From the NCBI RefSeq assembly GCF_009914755.1, contig NC_060930.1: a DNA stretch of 64,000 bases; one strand, given 5' to 3'. A program made the translations under genes and the position numbers. Positions 16,525 through 37,118 of this stretch are shown in pieces; position 1 is the first letter of the stretch, and every line of letters begins with the position of its first letter. This DNA comes from the human T2T-CHM13v2.0 reference genome, Homo sapiens. The notes beneath the pieces are model-generated. The model saw nothing but the letters and a program-made list of their open reading frames with translations. It was not told the origin of the DNA and did not search any database.

Positions 16525-16896
16525 TCAAGTTTCAGTGGGCTCTTCTTAAATGAAATCAATTGCACTCTTCAAGATAAACTTAGAAAATACCAACTTTAAA
16601 AGAAAATGAAGAGAATTTATTAATAACCTATAACCACATACCAAAAGTAATGAACTATAATGGTGTTATCTCTTTCTACTTAGTAAAATGTATACATTAA
16701 GTTACAACAGAGAAAGAAATAATAAACCGGCACGCATGCAGGCACACACTCACTGCTCTCCACCAATTAAAGATAATTTGAAATAGAGATAATTTGAAAT
16801 AGAAACCAATCCTGAAGATCGGCATCTAGAACCAGGTCTATAAAAGAAGTCTGGATTACAAAATAAAACCACACTTCTGCAGAGATTCGTCTAAGT

Positions 16897-17112
16897 CAGT
16901 GATTTTCAATGGGGGGCAGGGGAGGGCATTTTACACCCCTCTTCCCCAGGAGATTGTTGGTTATTATAACACAGGTTGTGGGGAGGTGCTACTGGCATCT
17001 AGTAGGCAGAGGTCAAGGATGCTGCTAAACATCCTGCAATGCACAGGACAGCACCCACAATAAGGAATTATCAGGTCCAAAGTGCCAACAGTGCTGAGGT
17101 TGAGAAAACCTG
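16897..17112 (+). mobile_element. MER20 (hAT-Charlie)
   Basis: cagtgattttcaa ... ttgagaaaacctg termini; internal ggatgctgctaaacatcct motif. Confidence 0.85.
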
Positions 17113-17273
17113 GTCTACGGGAAAACTCTGAAAAACCCAACTAAGGTGTAAAAGGTCTTTTAGAGCATCTGCCAGTAATATGCATGCCATTAATTTTATA
17201 TATGCCTTACAGAGACATAGGAAAAACTATTTCCTTTGATAAGGAGTGTCAGTATAACAACTGCCAAAAATGA

Positions 17274-17638
<365 letters not shown>

Positions 17639-18137
17639 TCAAACTCTATTTAAAACAATGTACAAGCCATGTGAACTTGTTGCTCTCATGAAAGTAATCA
17701 TAAAGACAGATAACTGGATCTAATAAATATTTGTGGACAAGGTGAATTAAAAGCATTCATATTTACTTCATAATTACTTCCAGTCTGGTTGAATAGGGCT
17801 TCAAAAGTTGACACCACCTGTGCATGAACCTAAATTTAAATTATTGACAGATATTATTAACCATCTCATCTCCACCGGTGGCATATTTTTAAGAGCCAGT
17901 GAATTTTATAAGGCAATAATATTTTCATTTCACTATTCCTATTGCTAATACCCAAAATGCAACTTTGTACTAGTGGTAGTTTTGAAGACATGTCAAATAA
18001 CTAGGGAATGTGCATTTATTGTTCTTCTGAATGTACTTTTAGATATCAATTGTGGGAAATATGATTTGTATGAATGACGTTTATCAGTTTACTTCCTACA
18101 GAAATCCACAAATTGTCTTGACATAAAAGAATTAATG

Positions 18138-18385
<248 letters not shown>

Positions 18386-18982
18386 TTATCTCATTACTAC
18401 TCCCATCTTTGTTCTGAGAACCTTTCAAATATACAAAATGTATGCAATAGTATAACCAAGGGCAACAATTAACATTAGGTTGTAAAATGCAGCTACAGGT
18501 CAGGTCTTTTGCTTTGTTTACATTGGCTAGATGAGAAATTAAACTTTACCTTTATGACATACGTGTGTGTGCGTGCACATGTGTATATGTGCACATGTGT
18601 ATATGTGCACATGTGTATGTGTGGGGTTTGAAACCTCTGCCATGTCACAGATTCAGAAGAAGCTACATATGGCAGTAAAACAGAAAAAGAAAAAGAAAAA
18701 AGAAATAAAGACAGGACTAAAAGTTTATTGCTCCAATAAGAATGTAAAGAATTTTTACTTTGAGCAGAGAAGTGGATCTGTTTATGACTTTAAGTTGGTT
18801 AATTTATTAAATTATCTTCAGAAAAGAAAATTAGGGTAACAAATCTAAGTCTGCTTACAAACTTAAGTCTCACAGACTTACCAACTTCTGGTGAAACAAC
18901 ATTTCAGTATATTTTAAAATACTAATTTTTAATATATATTCTATAAAAATTAGTTTGAAAATATCCCCAGACATAATATCTA

Positions 18983-19290
<308 letters not shown>

Positions 19291-21121
19291 GAAATGTACT
19301 TCATATTAAATATTAAAATATTCTTATTTCTTGTGGCCACTGCTTTTTAAACCATGGGACAGACAGCACTTTTCAATTTGCAAAATCATCAATGGGAAGG
19401 ATTCTCAAGTGCTTCACAGACTCTAACAGACTACAGCAGGGATCTTACCCACACGGTGACCGCTCGCATCTTAAACAAACAGTGAGCTGGCAGGAAAAAA
19501 ATGCTGCCCTACATTTTGATAGTAAGATAACAATTTTCAAAGTCATTTCAAATAATTTTTATAATGCAATTTACCCATCAATCTATCAGATAAGTAGAAT
19601 AGATCATTAGTTTGCAAACGAGGAGCTGGAAGCTCAAGGATTTGTCCAAGGGCTTATAGCTAGCTAGTACAGGGAAGCAACACCAGACATAAAAGAAGCC
19701 AGGTATTTCTTACCCAATCTGGTCATCTTCCTACTATACACAGGGCTAATACACCACATGTAGAAATACTTCAAAGTGACAAGAGAAACTCTTCAAATTA
19801 TAATTTAAGTTCCTTCTGCTCAAGGTCAGGCTTGAATGCCATTATCTTCCTAATAAATTACACTTTATTTGCCAAGATCCCAAAAAGTTCTTAGTAATGA
19901 TCATAGTTCTTACTTTATCCTCTATTATTATAGTGTTAGTGCTTTGGGACTCCAAGACTTTTAGCTCCTTAAGTGTAGGAACAGCCCTAAAGTTAACAAA
20001 ATCGATCATCCCCTGTGGCACCTAGCAAAGTAGAGGAATTAAAAATATATCTGCTGTCCAGCCTGGCGTGGTCCACTTACGTCCCCAGCCCTGCCTGCCT
20101 TTCCAGCACTCTCTGCACGCTGTGCAAGCACCCCATCCTGACACAAACTTCCCTGACCACAGCTCTGCCTTGCCACTTCATCCAGGAGCTCAGCTGTGGC
20201 CCTGCTTCCTGACTGGCCTGCGGGGTCCCACTATCCTTGGGCAGCATTCCCATCTGTCTTAAATGTCAAGTCCTTTCAATTATCACATTGTTGAATTTTC
20301 AAAATTTACATCAACATTTAGATTTGAGCAGAGGGTACAGAAACTGAAACTCTGAGAAGGTTCATTCCATTATATTTTTATACAGTGACAGATGTGAACT
20401 ATTATTGTGGATTAACCACAACACATTCCAGATAAATGGAGACAGTAACATTTGTCGATACACACACATACAAGCAAAAGGGCATTATTTTCAGTGACTT
20501 AGTCTTTTCAATGTTTCTTAATAAGTGTAAGATGTATATTCATTAGTTTAGAGCAATGAATAAGTTACAAAAACACTTTATGAAAATTGCAAGTGAATAC
20601 CACCAAATTATCACAGGAACTTAAATTCTTGTGCTATTTTTCCACATCTGAATTTAGTTAACATATAATTCAAATAAGCAAAGCACTGCCCAGCAAATGA
20701 TTCAAATACTCCTATGGCTATTCATTAAATAACCTACACAGGCATGAATGCTTCCCTTTCTAGAAGAAATATACAGAATATACTCAATACTTCAGGCTCA
20801 GAGGAAAGATTTATATCTCCAATCTGGTGGTTATTTGTTGTTCCATGTAAAAGTCCTAATTTCTCTCTCCTCCAGGAGACAAATACCACTTTCAGGGAAA
20901 AGATGGAAATGTTGAAAAGGAAAAAAGAGAGTTCTGCAATTTCAATTATAAAAATATTGATGGTATGACCACACCTCCTCAACACATCTTCAATGAATCA
21001 GCCATTTTAAAATATGTAAAACTCACTGCATTCAGAGAATTTTCTGATCAAAAGCAATTGCTAATAATATGATAATAAAGATGCAAGAATTATATGCCTC
21101 ATTATCTAAATGATCTTTTAC

Positions 21122-21180
21122 CTTTTTTCGTTCCTGTTCCCTCTGTTGGAGTCTACAGACTGAGTCATTAGCTGCTTGCA
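21122..21180 (-). CDS. BLOC1S5: BLOC1S5 coding exon 4 (LQAANDSVCRLQQREQERKK)
   Basis: Acceptor tttttcatttcag|TG, donor AAG|gtaaaa; 59 nt. Confidence 0.95.
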
Positions 21181-21629
21181 CTGAAATGAAAAAGACATGG
21201 GTTTTCAGTCAGCAGACCATGTTCAAGGAAACACATACCTGGGGGAGGAGTGTGTGTGGAGAGTACATGAATTGTTTTAGATCTCAAAAAACTATGCAAA
21301 GAACTGATATTATTTTGGTGGTGGTGGGATGGCCAGAAGGGGAAAATAAGTTTTGCCAATATATTCAGGATGTCATAATTAGAACAACCATAATTCTTGA
21401 GCTTTGAGCTACAAGCTGAAGGGCATTTAAATACTAACTCCAATGACAGATTGTCTACAGCTCTCTCACTGCAGTACCTGGTAACCACATCACTTCAACA
21501 ACTTTCTACTATTCTTGCCTGTGCTCTCTTGACTTCTAATTTATCCTGGCTGCCAGTGCAAGATTCAACTTCCTCTGGACCATCTCCATTAAGTCATTTC
21601 TCTTTCTTAAGAACTGCTAGTAATAATTA

Positions 21630-22240
21630 TTGTAATTATTTATTATTTACTAAGTGCCAAGATCTATGTATTATCCCTCTTAATCCCACTTTCCTATCAG
21701 GAAATGATCACTATTCCATTTTACAGATGACAAAACTGAGGTACAGAGAGGTGACGCTGTCAATCAAGGAGGTTATAAAACTAATAAGTACAGGAAACAG
21801 GATTTGAAGTCAGATCTTTCTGGCTGTAAAGACTTGGCTCTTACTATCAACACTCTACCGCCTCTTTAATTATTTCATCAATGAAACCAGTTGTAATTCT
21901 TCAGTTATTTAAACCTTTTCACCGCCAGATGCATTTTCTGTTCATAAATGTTCTTACTTACTTTATCCAAATAAAGACATGTAGTGTGCAGGTTAAGAGT
22001 GAGCCTTAGTCAAATTTGGCACTCAGTTGTGTGAATGATCTTGGGCATGTTTGCTCGCTCAATTATTCATTTGACAAATGTTTACTGAGCATGTGCTTTG
22101 TGCCAGGCACTGTTCTTGTTGGTCCTCCTATCTCTCAGCAACTTAGTTCCTCATCTGTAAAATGAACATAACAACTAATAACAGGGCTTCAGAAGTGACA
22201 TAAAATTTAAATGAGAACACAGTACATACTATGCTTAAAA
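21630..22240. mobile_element. MIR and L2 fragments
   Basis: ccattttacagatgacaaaactgagg; cctcatctgtaaaatg; tttactgagcatgtgctttgtgccaggcactg. Confidence 0.7.
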
Positions 22241-22306
22241 GTAAATCATTTCAATATTAATAATGATAACCACTTAGAGTAGTTCTTCATATAAAATAAG
22301 CAGTCA

Positions 22307-22594
22307 GGCCGGGCACGGTGGCTCACGCCTGTAATCCCAGCACTCTGGGAGGCCGTGGCGGGCAGATCACCTGAAGTCAGGAGTTCGAGACTAGCCTGAC
22401 CAACATGGTGAAACTCTGTCTCTACTAAAAATACAAAAATTAGCTGGGAATAGTGGCACATGCCTGTAGTCCCAGCTACTCGGGAGGCTGAGCCAAGACA
22501 ATCGCTCGAACCTGGTGCAGTGAGCCAAGATCGTGCCACTGCACTCCAGCCTGGGCAACAGAGCGAGACTCCATCTCAAAAAAAAAAAAAAAAA
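22307..22594 (+). mobile_element. AluS
   Basis: Alu dimer; TSD aataagca(g/a)tca. Confidence 0.9.
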
Positions 22595-24919
22595 TACAAT
22601 AAGCAATCAAGAACTGCTCATTGTCACCAATATTCTATTTATTGTACTATCCCTAAAGAAAATCCTTTCCTTATTTCTTTCCACTAATTAAACTGTTTTG
22701 TTTCAAAAGCCCAGTTCAAGGTTTACTGTCTTCACAAAGCCCTCCTGATTAGTCCCTTCCCTCTGAGGATTTTCCCTATTTGAAATTCCTTAATCAGGTG
22801 TGTGTGTATCCTACCATTTATTAATATCTTGCCTTTGCTGAAATTGGAGGTTTGTCTAATTGTTTTACAATTATGTCTTCCTACCCCACCCCAATCCGGC
22901 CCCAACTAGGTCACAAGTTCCACAATAGGGCAGGGACTGTGATTTCTCTTTCAGAGAAATGTTAGGCCTCTCCCTCTGGGAATATGGTAAAAGAGAAGAA
23001 TTTTGTTTTCAAAAAGTTGTGTTTTTATCAGTAACCATTAATTTTAGCTATATCAAAGATAATATTTAAGTATTGAAAATTAGGTTCCCAATCATTGATT
23101 TTTAAAAAAGAAAATATTTAAAAAAAAAAAAACAGGAGTTGATTAGCTCTGCCTTCTTTCTGTGGCATATTAACATGACATCATCTTTCCCAAGCAGTGC
23201 TTCTATCATTTCCTGCGTTGTTTTTTTCCCCCACTGGCTCTGAGAACATAACTTAAAATCCATTTGGCAGTTGTTAGGAGCTTCATCACTTTCAGAAGAT
23301 TCTGAGCCTAACCTAAAAAAAGAGTTACAGGCTTCTGCCACTTACTTTGTCATCTGTTATGTCCTTTAAAATTCTAATCAGAACACATCTGACAAAGGTG
23401 CACTTTTGTTCCTCATCAGGATTGTTATGTTTAGACAGAATATCCACTTTTAGAAATTACAGTCCCTTTGAAGCAATTCACCTTTTAACTCTTTAGGCAC
23501 ACAACGGAAAAGGTTTACTTTCTGAATTTATGAAATTTGCTTTTCTAAAGTCAAAGACAATCACCAGACTGCACCAAACATTCCCTTTTTGAACAATTAG
23601 TGACACCAAGAAGGCCCATTTCTCTGAACCTTCCTATCACATCTGCAACACTTACTGGTTGTAACTCAGTACGAAGTCATTTCCCCTGTTATCTCAGTGT
23701 TTTAGGAGACTATATTGACTTAAAAAAAAAAGTCAAGAATTTATCAAGTGCTTTTTCTCTTAACCAAAAGATTATTCAAGTAGATTTGTGCCGCATACCA
23801 CAGTTAACAATGTTCTATTTTCCTCACATAAAAAAGAAACAAATTCATTCTATCATGGTGTCTATAAGTAAACCTCAAATACACACGTAAGAAAATAATT
23901 TCACAACTTGCAGTTCCAAAATGCGGATATAGAAGCGAGCTAGCTTCACTCTCCACAACAGAAAACCAAAATCAGGTATACAGTGCCGGCAATACCCCAG
24001 AACTCAAACATGAGGATAAGACAGTTCTCAGGGCCACAGAGAAATGAAAACACTCTGAGGAGACAGGAACAGAATTGGACTTCCATCTCTGTAACATTCC
24101 TTCCCCAACCTGCCTTGGCACCAAGCACATGGGAAATCTCCCTGACTCATGGTTTCTATGCTAAAAGAGGGATCATGCTGGATGATCTGCTTCCCCATCA
24201 TCTTGGGCTCCCTGGCAGGAGAAGTGTCCCTGCCTTAACCCATGGAAAGCATTTGTGATACCCGAGGGCAGACATATCCTCAAGGACAGCCAGAAAAAAA
24301 GGAGAGAGGTGCCACTTCCACCCCCAGTCTTTCAGAAACTCTGCTCTGTAACTCAGCCAAAGGAGACACCAAATCAAAGTGGCTACTCAGCAGCACCACA
24401 CTGCACGAGGTTCGTTCCCCAGGTCCCCTGGGAACAGAGGCTGCCTAGCCAGCCTTCCCACACTAACGAGATATCCCTTTGCGGACCTCCCCCATTCAAG
24501 ATGAGTGGCATTCTGATCGTTTACTAGAACTAAGGCAGACTTGGGTTTAAGGTGCAGTCTAGTGCTGAAAAGAAGCAGTGATCTAGTGAAAGAAAAAAAG
24601 AAATCTGCAGGTAAAATACAAAGACTCTCTAAGCAAATGTATCCAATAAAAACAGAAACAAGACAGAGGAGATGGGAATAAATAACTAATGCTTCAATGC
24701 CAAGACGCAGATGTACATCCACAAGAAACAACAGCAAACAAGGAATGAAGACCTCCCTAAACAGACAAAGCAAAGAACCAGTCAGTGAATGACCTCAGTG
24801 AGATGGCAATATATGAACTCTCTGACCAACAATGCAAAATAGCAGTTCTAAGGAAACTCAGTGATCTCCAGGATAACACAGAAAAAAAATTCAGAAATTT
24901 AACAAAGAGATTAGAACAA

Positions 24920-25212
24920 TTTTTTTTCTTTTGAGATGGGGTCTCACTCTGTTGCCCAAGCTGCAGTGCAGTGGCACAATCTCGGCATACCACAACCCCT
25001 GCCTCCTGGGTTCAAGCGATTCTCCTGCCTCAGCCTCCTGAGTAGATGGGACTACAGGCATGCACCACCACGCCCGGCTAATTTTTGTATTCTTAATAGA
25101 GACAGGGTTTTACCATGTTGGTCAGGCTGGTCTTGAACTCCTGACCTCGTGATCCACCCACCTCGGCCTCCCAAAGTGCTGGGATTACAGGCGTGAGCCA
25201 CCACGCCTGGCC
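24920..25212 (-). mobile_element. AluS
   Basis: Alu dimer inside the L1 ORF1 remnant. Confidence 0.9.
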
Positions 25213-25289
25213 AGATTAAAATAATTTTTAAAAATCAAACAGAAATCTTGGAACTGGGAAATACATTTGCTGAACTGAAAAATCCATTA

Positions 25290-30120
<4,831 letters not shown>

Positions 30121-33100
30121 AAAGGCATAGAGTGGCTGAATAAATAAGACCCACCTCTATACTGCCTACGAGAAAGGCACTTCACCTATAAAGACATGCA
30201 AGTTCTATGTGCTAATGAAAAGAACGTGTATTCTGCAGCAGTTGGGTGAAATGTTCAGTAAATGTTAGTTGGGTCTTACATTTCCACGCAACCAGAAAAA
30301 GATATTCCATGCAACTGGAGACCAAAAAGAGCAGGAGTAACTATACTTACATCAAATAAAACAGACTACAAATCAAAGACTGCAAAAAGAGACAAAGAAG
30401 GTCACTATATAATCATACAGGGGTCAATTCAGCAAGAGGGTTGTAACAATTATAAATATCTATGTACTTAACACTGGAACTCCCAAGTACATACAGGAAA
30501 CATTAATAGATCTAAAGGGAGAGATAGAATGCAATAGCCGCAGGAGACTTCAACATCCCATTCTTAGTAATGGACAGATCATCCAGACAGAAAATCAACA
30601 GAGAAACATTGGAGAGTTCAACTACAAACTCGACCAGGCCTTAATGACACTTACAGAACCTTCATCCAACTGCAGCAGGTTACACGTTCTTTTCATCAGC
30701 ACACAGAACATTCTCTGGAACAGATCATATCTTAGGCCACAAAACAAGTCTTAACAAATTCAGAAAAGATAGAGATCATTATCAGGTATATTTTCTGACC
30801 ATAATGGAATAAAATTAAAAATCAGTAACAAGAGGAAACTTGGAAAATACACACACACAACATGCTCCTGAACAACCAATGAGTCAGGGAAGAAATTAAG
30901 AAGGAAATTTAAAAATTTCTTGAAACAAATAAAATGAAAATACAACATACCCAAATCTATGGGATACAGCAAAAACAGTACCAACAGGGAAATTTATAGC
31001 AGCAAAAGCCTGTATCAGAAAAATAGAAAGACTTCAAATAAACAACCTAACAAGGAACAAAAAATTAGGAGAAGGAAAGAAATAATAGAGACCAGAGCAG
31101 AAATAAATAAAATTGAGGCTAAAAACATCAGAGTCATTAAACTATTATCAACAACTATACGCCAACAAATTGGAAAACCTAGAAGAAATAAATTCCTAAA
31201 TACATACAAGCTACCAAGTACAAACCATGAGGGAACAGAAAGCCTCAACAAACTAATAATGAATAACAAGGTTGAAGCCATGATAAAGTCTCCTATCGAA
31301 GAAAAGCCCAGGACTTAATGGCTTCTTTGCTGAATTCCAGCAAACATTTAAAGAAGAATTAACACCAATTCTACTCAAGTTCTTCAAAAAACCTGAAGAG
31401 GAGAGAATATCCCCAACTCATTCTACAAGGCCAGCATTACCTCAATATCAAAATCAGACAAAGACAAAAGAATTAAAAAAGAGAAAACTACAGGCAATAT
31501 CACTAATGAATGTAAAGGCAAAAATCCTCAACAAAATAGTAGCAAACCAAATTCAACAACATGTTAAAAAGATCATTCACCATGATCAAGCAGGATTTAT
31601 CCCAGGAATGGCAGGATGGTTCAACATATGCAAATCTATAAATAACCCATATGGTAACCTCAACAGATGCTAAAAAAGCATTTGATAAAATCCAACTTTC
31701 CTTTATGATAAAAACTCTCAACAAACTGGGTATAAAAAGAACATAGCTCAAAATAGCTGTGGGCAAACCCACAGCTAACATCATACTGAATGAGGAAAAA
31801 TTGAGAGCCTTTCCTATAAGATCCAGAACAAGAAAAGGATGCTCACATTCACCACTTTTATTCAACATAATACTGAAAGTACTGCCAGGGCAATTAGGCA
31901 AGAAATAAGGGCACACGAATTGGAAAGGTATTAAGTCAAATTAGCTTTGTTTGCAGATCACATGATCTTATATTTAGAAAAACCTATTGACTCACCAAAA
32001 AGCTCTTGGAACTAATAAATGTATTCAGTAAAGTTGCAGGATACAAAATCAACATACAAAATCCATAGCATTTATATATGCCAACAGCAAGCAATCTGAA
32101 AAAGAAACCAAGAAAGCAACCCTATTTACAATAGCTACAAAGAACATAAAATACCTAGCAATCAACTGAACCAAAGAAGTAAAAGATCTGTACAAGGAAA
32201 ACTATAAAACTTTGATGAAAAAAATTGAAGAGGGCACACAAAAATGGAAAGATATCCATGCTCTGTAACTGGAAGAATGCCATTAAAGTGACAATAATAC
32301 CCAAAGCAATTTACAGGCTCAATGCAATCCCTATCAAAATACCAACGACATTTTTCATAGAAACAGGAAAAATAAATCCTAAAATTTATACAGAATCACG
32401 AAAGACCCTGAATAGCCAAAGCAATTTTGAGCAAAAAGAACAAAGCTGGAGGCATCACACTACCTGATTACAAAGCATATTATTAATACAAAGCTATAGT
32501 AACCAAATCAGCATGATACCAGCATAAAAACACACAGGCCATGCATGGCACAGAATCAATAACCCAGATATAAACTCACACATTTATAGCCAGCTCATTT
32601 TCAACAAAGGCACCAAGAACATACAATGGGGAAAGGACAGGCTCTTCGATAACCAGTGCTGGGAAAACTGGATATCAGTATGACTGGGAAAACTGGATAT
32701 CCATATGAAGAAGAATGAAACTAAACCTCTGTCTCTCACCATCCACAAAAATCAAATAAAAATGGATTAAAGACTTAAATCTAAGACCTGAAACTGTGAA
32801 ATTACTAGAAGAAAGCCTAGGGGGAAACACTCCAGGACATTGGTCTGGGCAAAGACTTTTTTCTGTAAGACCTCAAAAGTAAGGCAACCAAAGCAAAAAC
32901 AGACAAATGGGGTTACATCAAGCTAAAACGCTTCCGTGACGCAAAGAAAATAATCAGCAAGTTGAAGAGACAACCCACAGGAGGAGAAAGCATTAGCAAA
33001 CTATTCATCTGACAACAGATTAATAACCAGAATATATAAGGAGCTCAAACAACAATATAGCAAAAATCCCAAAGAATCCAATTTTAAAAATAGGCAAAGA

Positions 33101-33236
33101 TCTATTTCAAAAGAGACATTTCTCAAAAGACATAAAATGGCCAACAGGAATATGAAAAAAGTGCCCAAGATCACTAATTATCAGAGAAATGCAAATCAGA
33201 CCACAATGAAATAGCATCTCTAGTTAAAATGGCTTT

Positions 33237-33539
<303 letters not shown>

Positions 33540-35332
33540 AAAATGGCTTTTATTAAAAAGATGAAGAATAATGGATACTGGCGAGGATGTGGAGAAAAGG
33601 GAACTCTCGTATACTATTGGTCAGAATATAAATTAGTACAACCACTATGGAGAACAGTTTGGAGGTTCCTCAAAAAACTAAAAATAGAACTACCATATGA
33701 TCCAGCAATTCCACAATACTGGGTATATATCTAAAAGAAAAGGAGAGAGACATCTGCACTTACGTGTTTATTGAAGCACTAGCCAAAATATGGAACCAAC
33801 CTAAATTCCCATGAATGGGTAAGGAAATGTGGTATATATACACAATGGAATATTATTCAGCCATAAAAATGAATGAAATCCCATCATCTGCAGCCACATG
33901 GACAGAACTAGATGTTATTATGTTAAGTGAAATAAGCCAAGCACAGAAAGACAAATATTGCATGCTCTCACTCGTATGTGAGAGCTAAAGAAATGGATCT
34001 CATGAATATAGAGAGTAGACTGGTAGTTACCAGAGGCCAGGAAGTATAGTGAGGAGGAGGGCATGAGGAAAGGTTGATTAATGGATATAAATATATGGTC
34101 TGATGGAAGAAATAAGACCTAGTATTTGATATATCAGTAGGGTGACTATAGCTTACAATAACCTATTATATAATTCAAAATAGCTAGAAGAGAATAATTT
34201 GAATGTTTTTAACAAAAAGAAAGGACAAATATTTAAGGTGATGAATATGTGAATTACACTAATTTGGTCTTTCCAAATTATATGAAAGCATTAAATTACC
34301 ATAAGTACCCCCAAAATACGTACATTATACAATAATACAAAAGTAAAGTTATTTTTAAAAAGCTAAGTCAATGTAGTATTAGCTTTAAAAAAAAAAAGAA
34401 AATAATTTCAGCTTGGCATTAGGAACAGATTTTGGCCGAATGCTCACTCATTCATTTCAATGAACAAATTACTAGTGAGTGGCTATAAAGTAGCAGGCAC
34501 TGTTCTAGGTGCCTGAGATACCACAGTGAACAACAACAACAAAAGTCCTGAGCTTACAGGACTCAAATTTTAGTTGGGAAGACAGGGGTATGGGACCAGG
34601 CTAAAACCACAAATATGGAATTTAATTATTAATTGGTATACAGATGATATTGAAAGGCGTGATTCTGTATAAGCTCACCAAGCGAGTTTAAACAAGAAAG
34701 CAGTTGCGGAACCAAGCCTCCGAGCACCACATGGTGAAAAGTCGTGAAGTTAAGTGGGAACTAACAAAGTAGACTGAGAAGGAGGAGCCTGTGTTGTAGG
34801 AGGCAATCCAAGAAAAAGTGATAATCCAGGAATAAAGGCAGACTTTTCTTACTACCTTTTCAAAGATATACAGAAGTAACATCCTGAAGTGGAACTTGAG
34901 CTCTGGAGGCAGAAGAGCTAGGCTTGGATGGTAGTTCCTCCAATTATTATTGGAGAATCTAGAGTGTTCAACCATTATAAATTTCGGTTTTCTCAACTGT
35001 AAGGTGGGGAAGATGATAAACATTTATCTTACTGGGTTATGATTAAAAAAATGAAAAAATACAGGTGAAAATTCTAACTAGTAAAGTGCTATATAAATTC
35101 GTTTGTATTTTTAATTACAGTCTGTTCTTAAAGATTTCTAGGTAAAGATGGCAGAATGAAGTAAAATCACACAAACTTAGTCCTTTAAATGCCTCTCAAA
35201 ATAAATAGTTTTTTAAAAGTAAAAAAACTTCACCATTTACTAAACAGTAAAGAATTATAATTGCATACTATAAACTTTGAAAAGTAGCAGCCAAAAATAG
35301 GAACACAGATTGTAGTCAAGAACCGAGATTCC

Positions 35333-35627
35333 TGGCTGGGCACAGTGGCTCACGCCTGTAATCCCAGCACTTGGGAGGCCGAGGCAGGTGGATCACGAGT
35401 CAAGAGATCAAGACCACCTTGGCCAACATGGTGAAACCCCATCTCTACTAAAAATACAAAAATTAGCCAGGCATGGTGAGACGCACCTGTAGTCTCAGCT
35501 ACTCAGGAGGCTGAGGCACAAGAACCACTTGAATCTGGGAGGCCGAGGTTGTAGTGAGCTGAGATTGCACCACTGCACTCCAGCCTGGGACACAGAGTGA
35601 GACTGTGCCTCCAAAAAAAAAAAAAAA
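35333..35627 (+). mobile_element. AluSc-like
   Basis: Alu dimer about 270 nt from the exon 3 donor. Confidence 0.9.
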
Positions 35628-35894
35628 TTTGTAAAAATAGGTGAAAACTGTTTTGACTTTCTCACATACTAAACAGATTGTCTCGTGTACCACAGATGCA
35701 CACATCTCACTTTGGAGATTAATGCTGTTTGGAGATTAATTAATGGCAACACACATTAATCACTAGAAAACCACTTTCTCTGTAACTGAGCTTCCCTCTC
35801 CCTCTCCACCTCCCCCCATAATACCCAAGAAAATACATTTTGGTGTAGCATTCATTTGAAATGAAAAGCAATTAAAAAAGAATTGCTGACTCAC

Positions 35895-36024
35895 ATCTCT
35901 GGAGAACCTGGCTGAGGCTGTCCCGCATTGTGTCTCTACATTTGGGAAGAGTATGTTCATTTGTTTCATGGATCATGTTCTTCAAATTTTCAAGAACTCG
36001 CATTTCTCGAAGACCACGTTTTTC
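35895..36024 (-). CDS. BLOC1S5: BLOC1S5 coding exon 3 (EKRGLREMRVLENLKNMIHETNEHTLPKCRDTMRDSLSQVLQR + 1 nt)
   Basis: Acceptor tttcttttaatag|GAA, donor GAT|gtgagt; 130 nt with an open frame. Confidence 0.96.
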
Positions 36025-36052
36025 CTATTAAAAGAAAGTAGATGACTAATAA

Positions 36053-36374
<322 letters not shown>

Positions 36375-36398
36375 ATATTGTGTCTTAAATCTTAGTAA

Positions 36399-36708
<310 letters not shown>

Positions 36709-37118
36709 TAAATCTTAGTAATTACTTTCTAAGATATCCACCCAGGTTTTGGTTGTTAGGTTATGACTTATTACTGAAAATTTATGCAGCTTTCTTCTAA
36801 TTATTTGGCAATAAATGCCTCATAACCCAGAGGCATTTTTAAAATTATGAAATGCTCCAAAAGTTGCAATATGAGCAATATTTTTATAGCAATGTTAAAA
36901 AATTGGCAAGAGAAATACTAAAAGAACCAGAAAAATGGTCCAGATTGCCACATATTTTATTAGAAGGAAATTAAACACTCCGATCTGATCTTAAATTTCA
37001 TTTTGTCATTCTAACTATCATATAGCTTCTGTTATTATGTGCTATATTTTTTATCTGATTCCCTTTCTTTTCTCAAAATAAAAATGGGTAGTAAAAGTAA
37101 TATGTAGATACTTCCCTA

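Noticed and set aside
23102-23388. Splice-like sites at 23312 and 23346-23388, and ORF 23102..23341
   Set aside because: The 23312 acceptor has no convincing donor, and the 43-nt candidate has no supporting evidence beyond motifs expected by chance.
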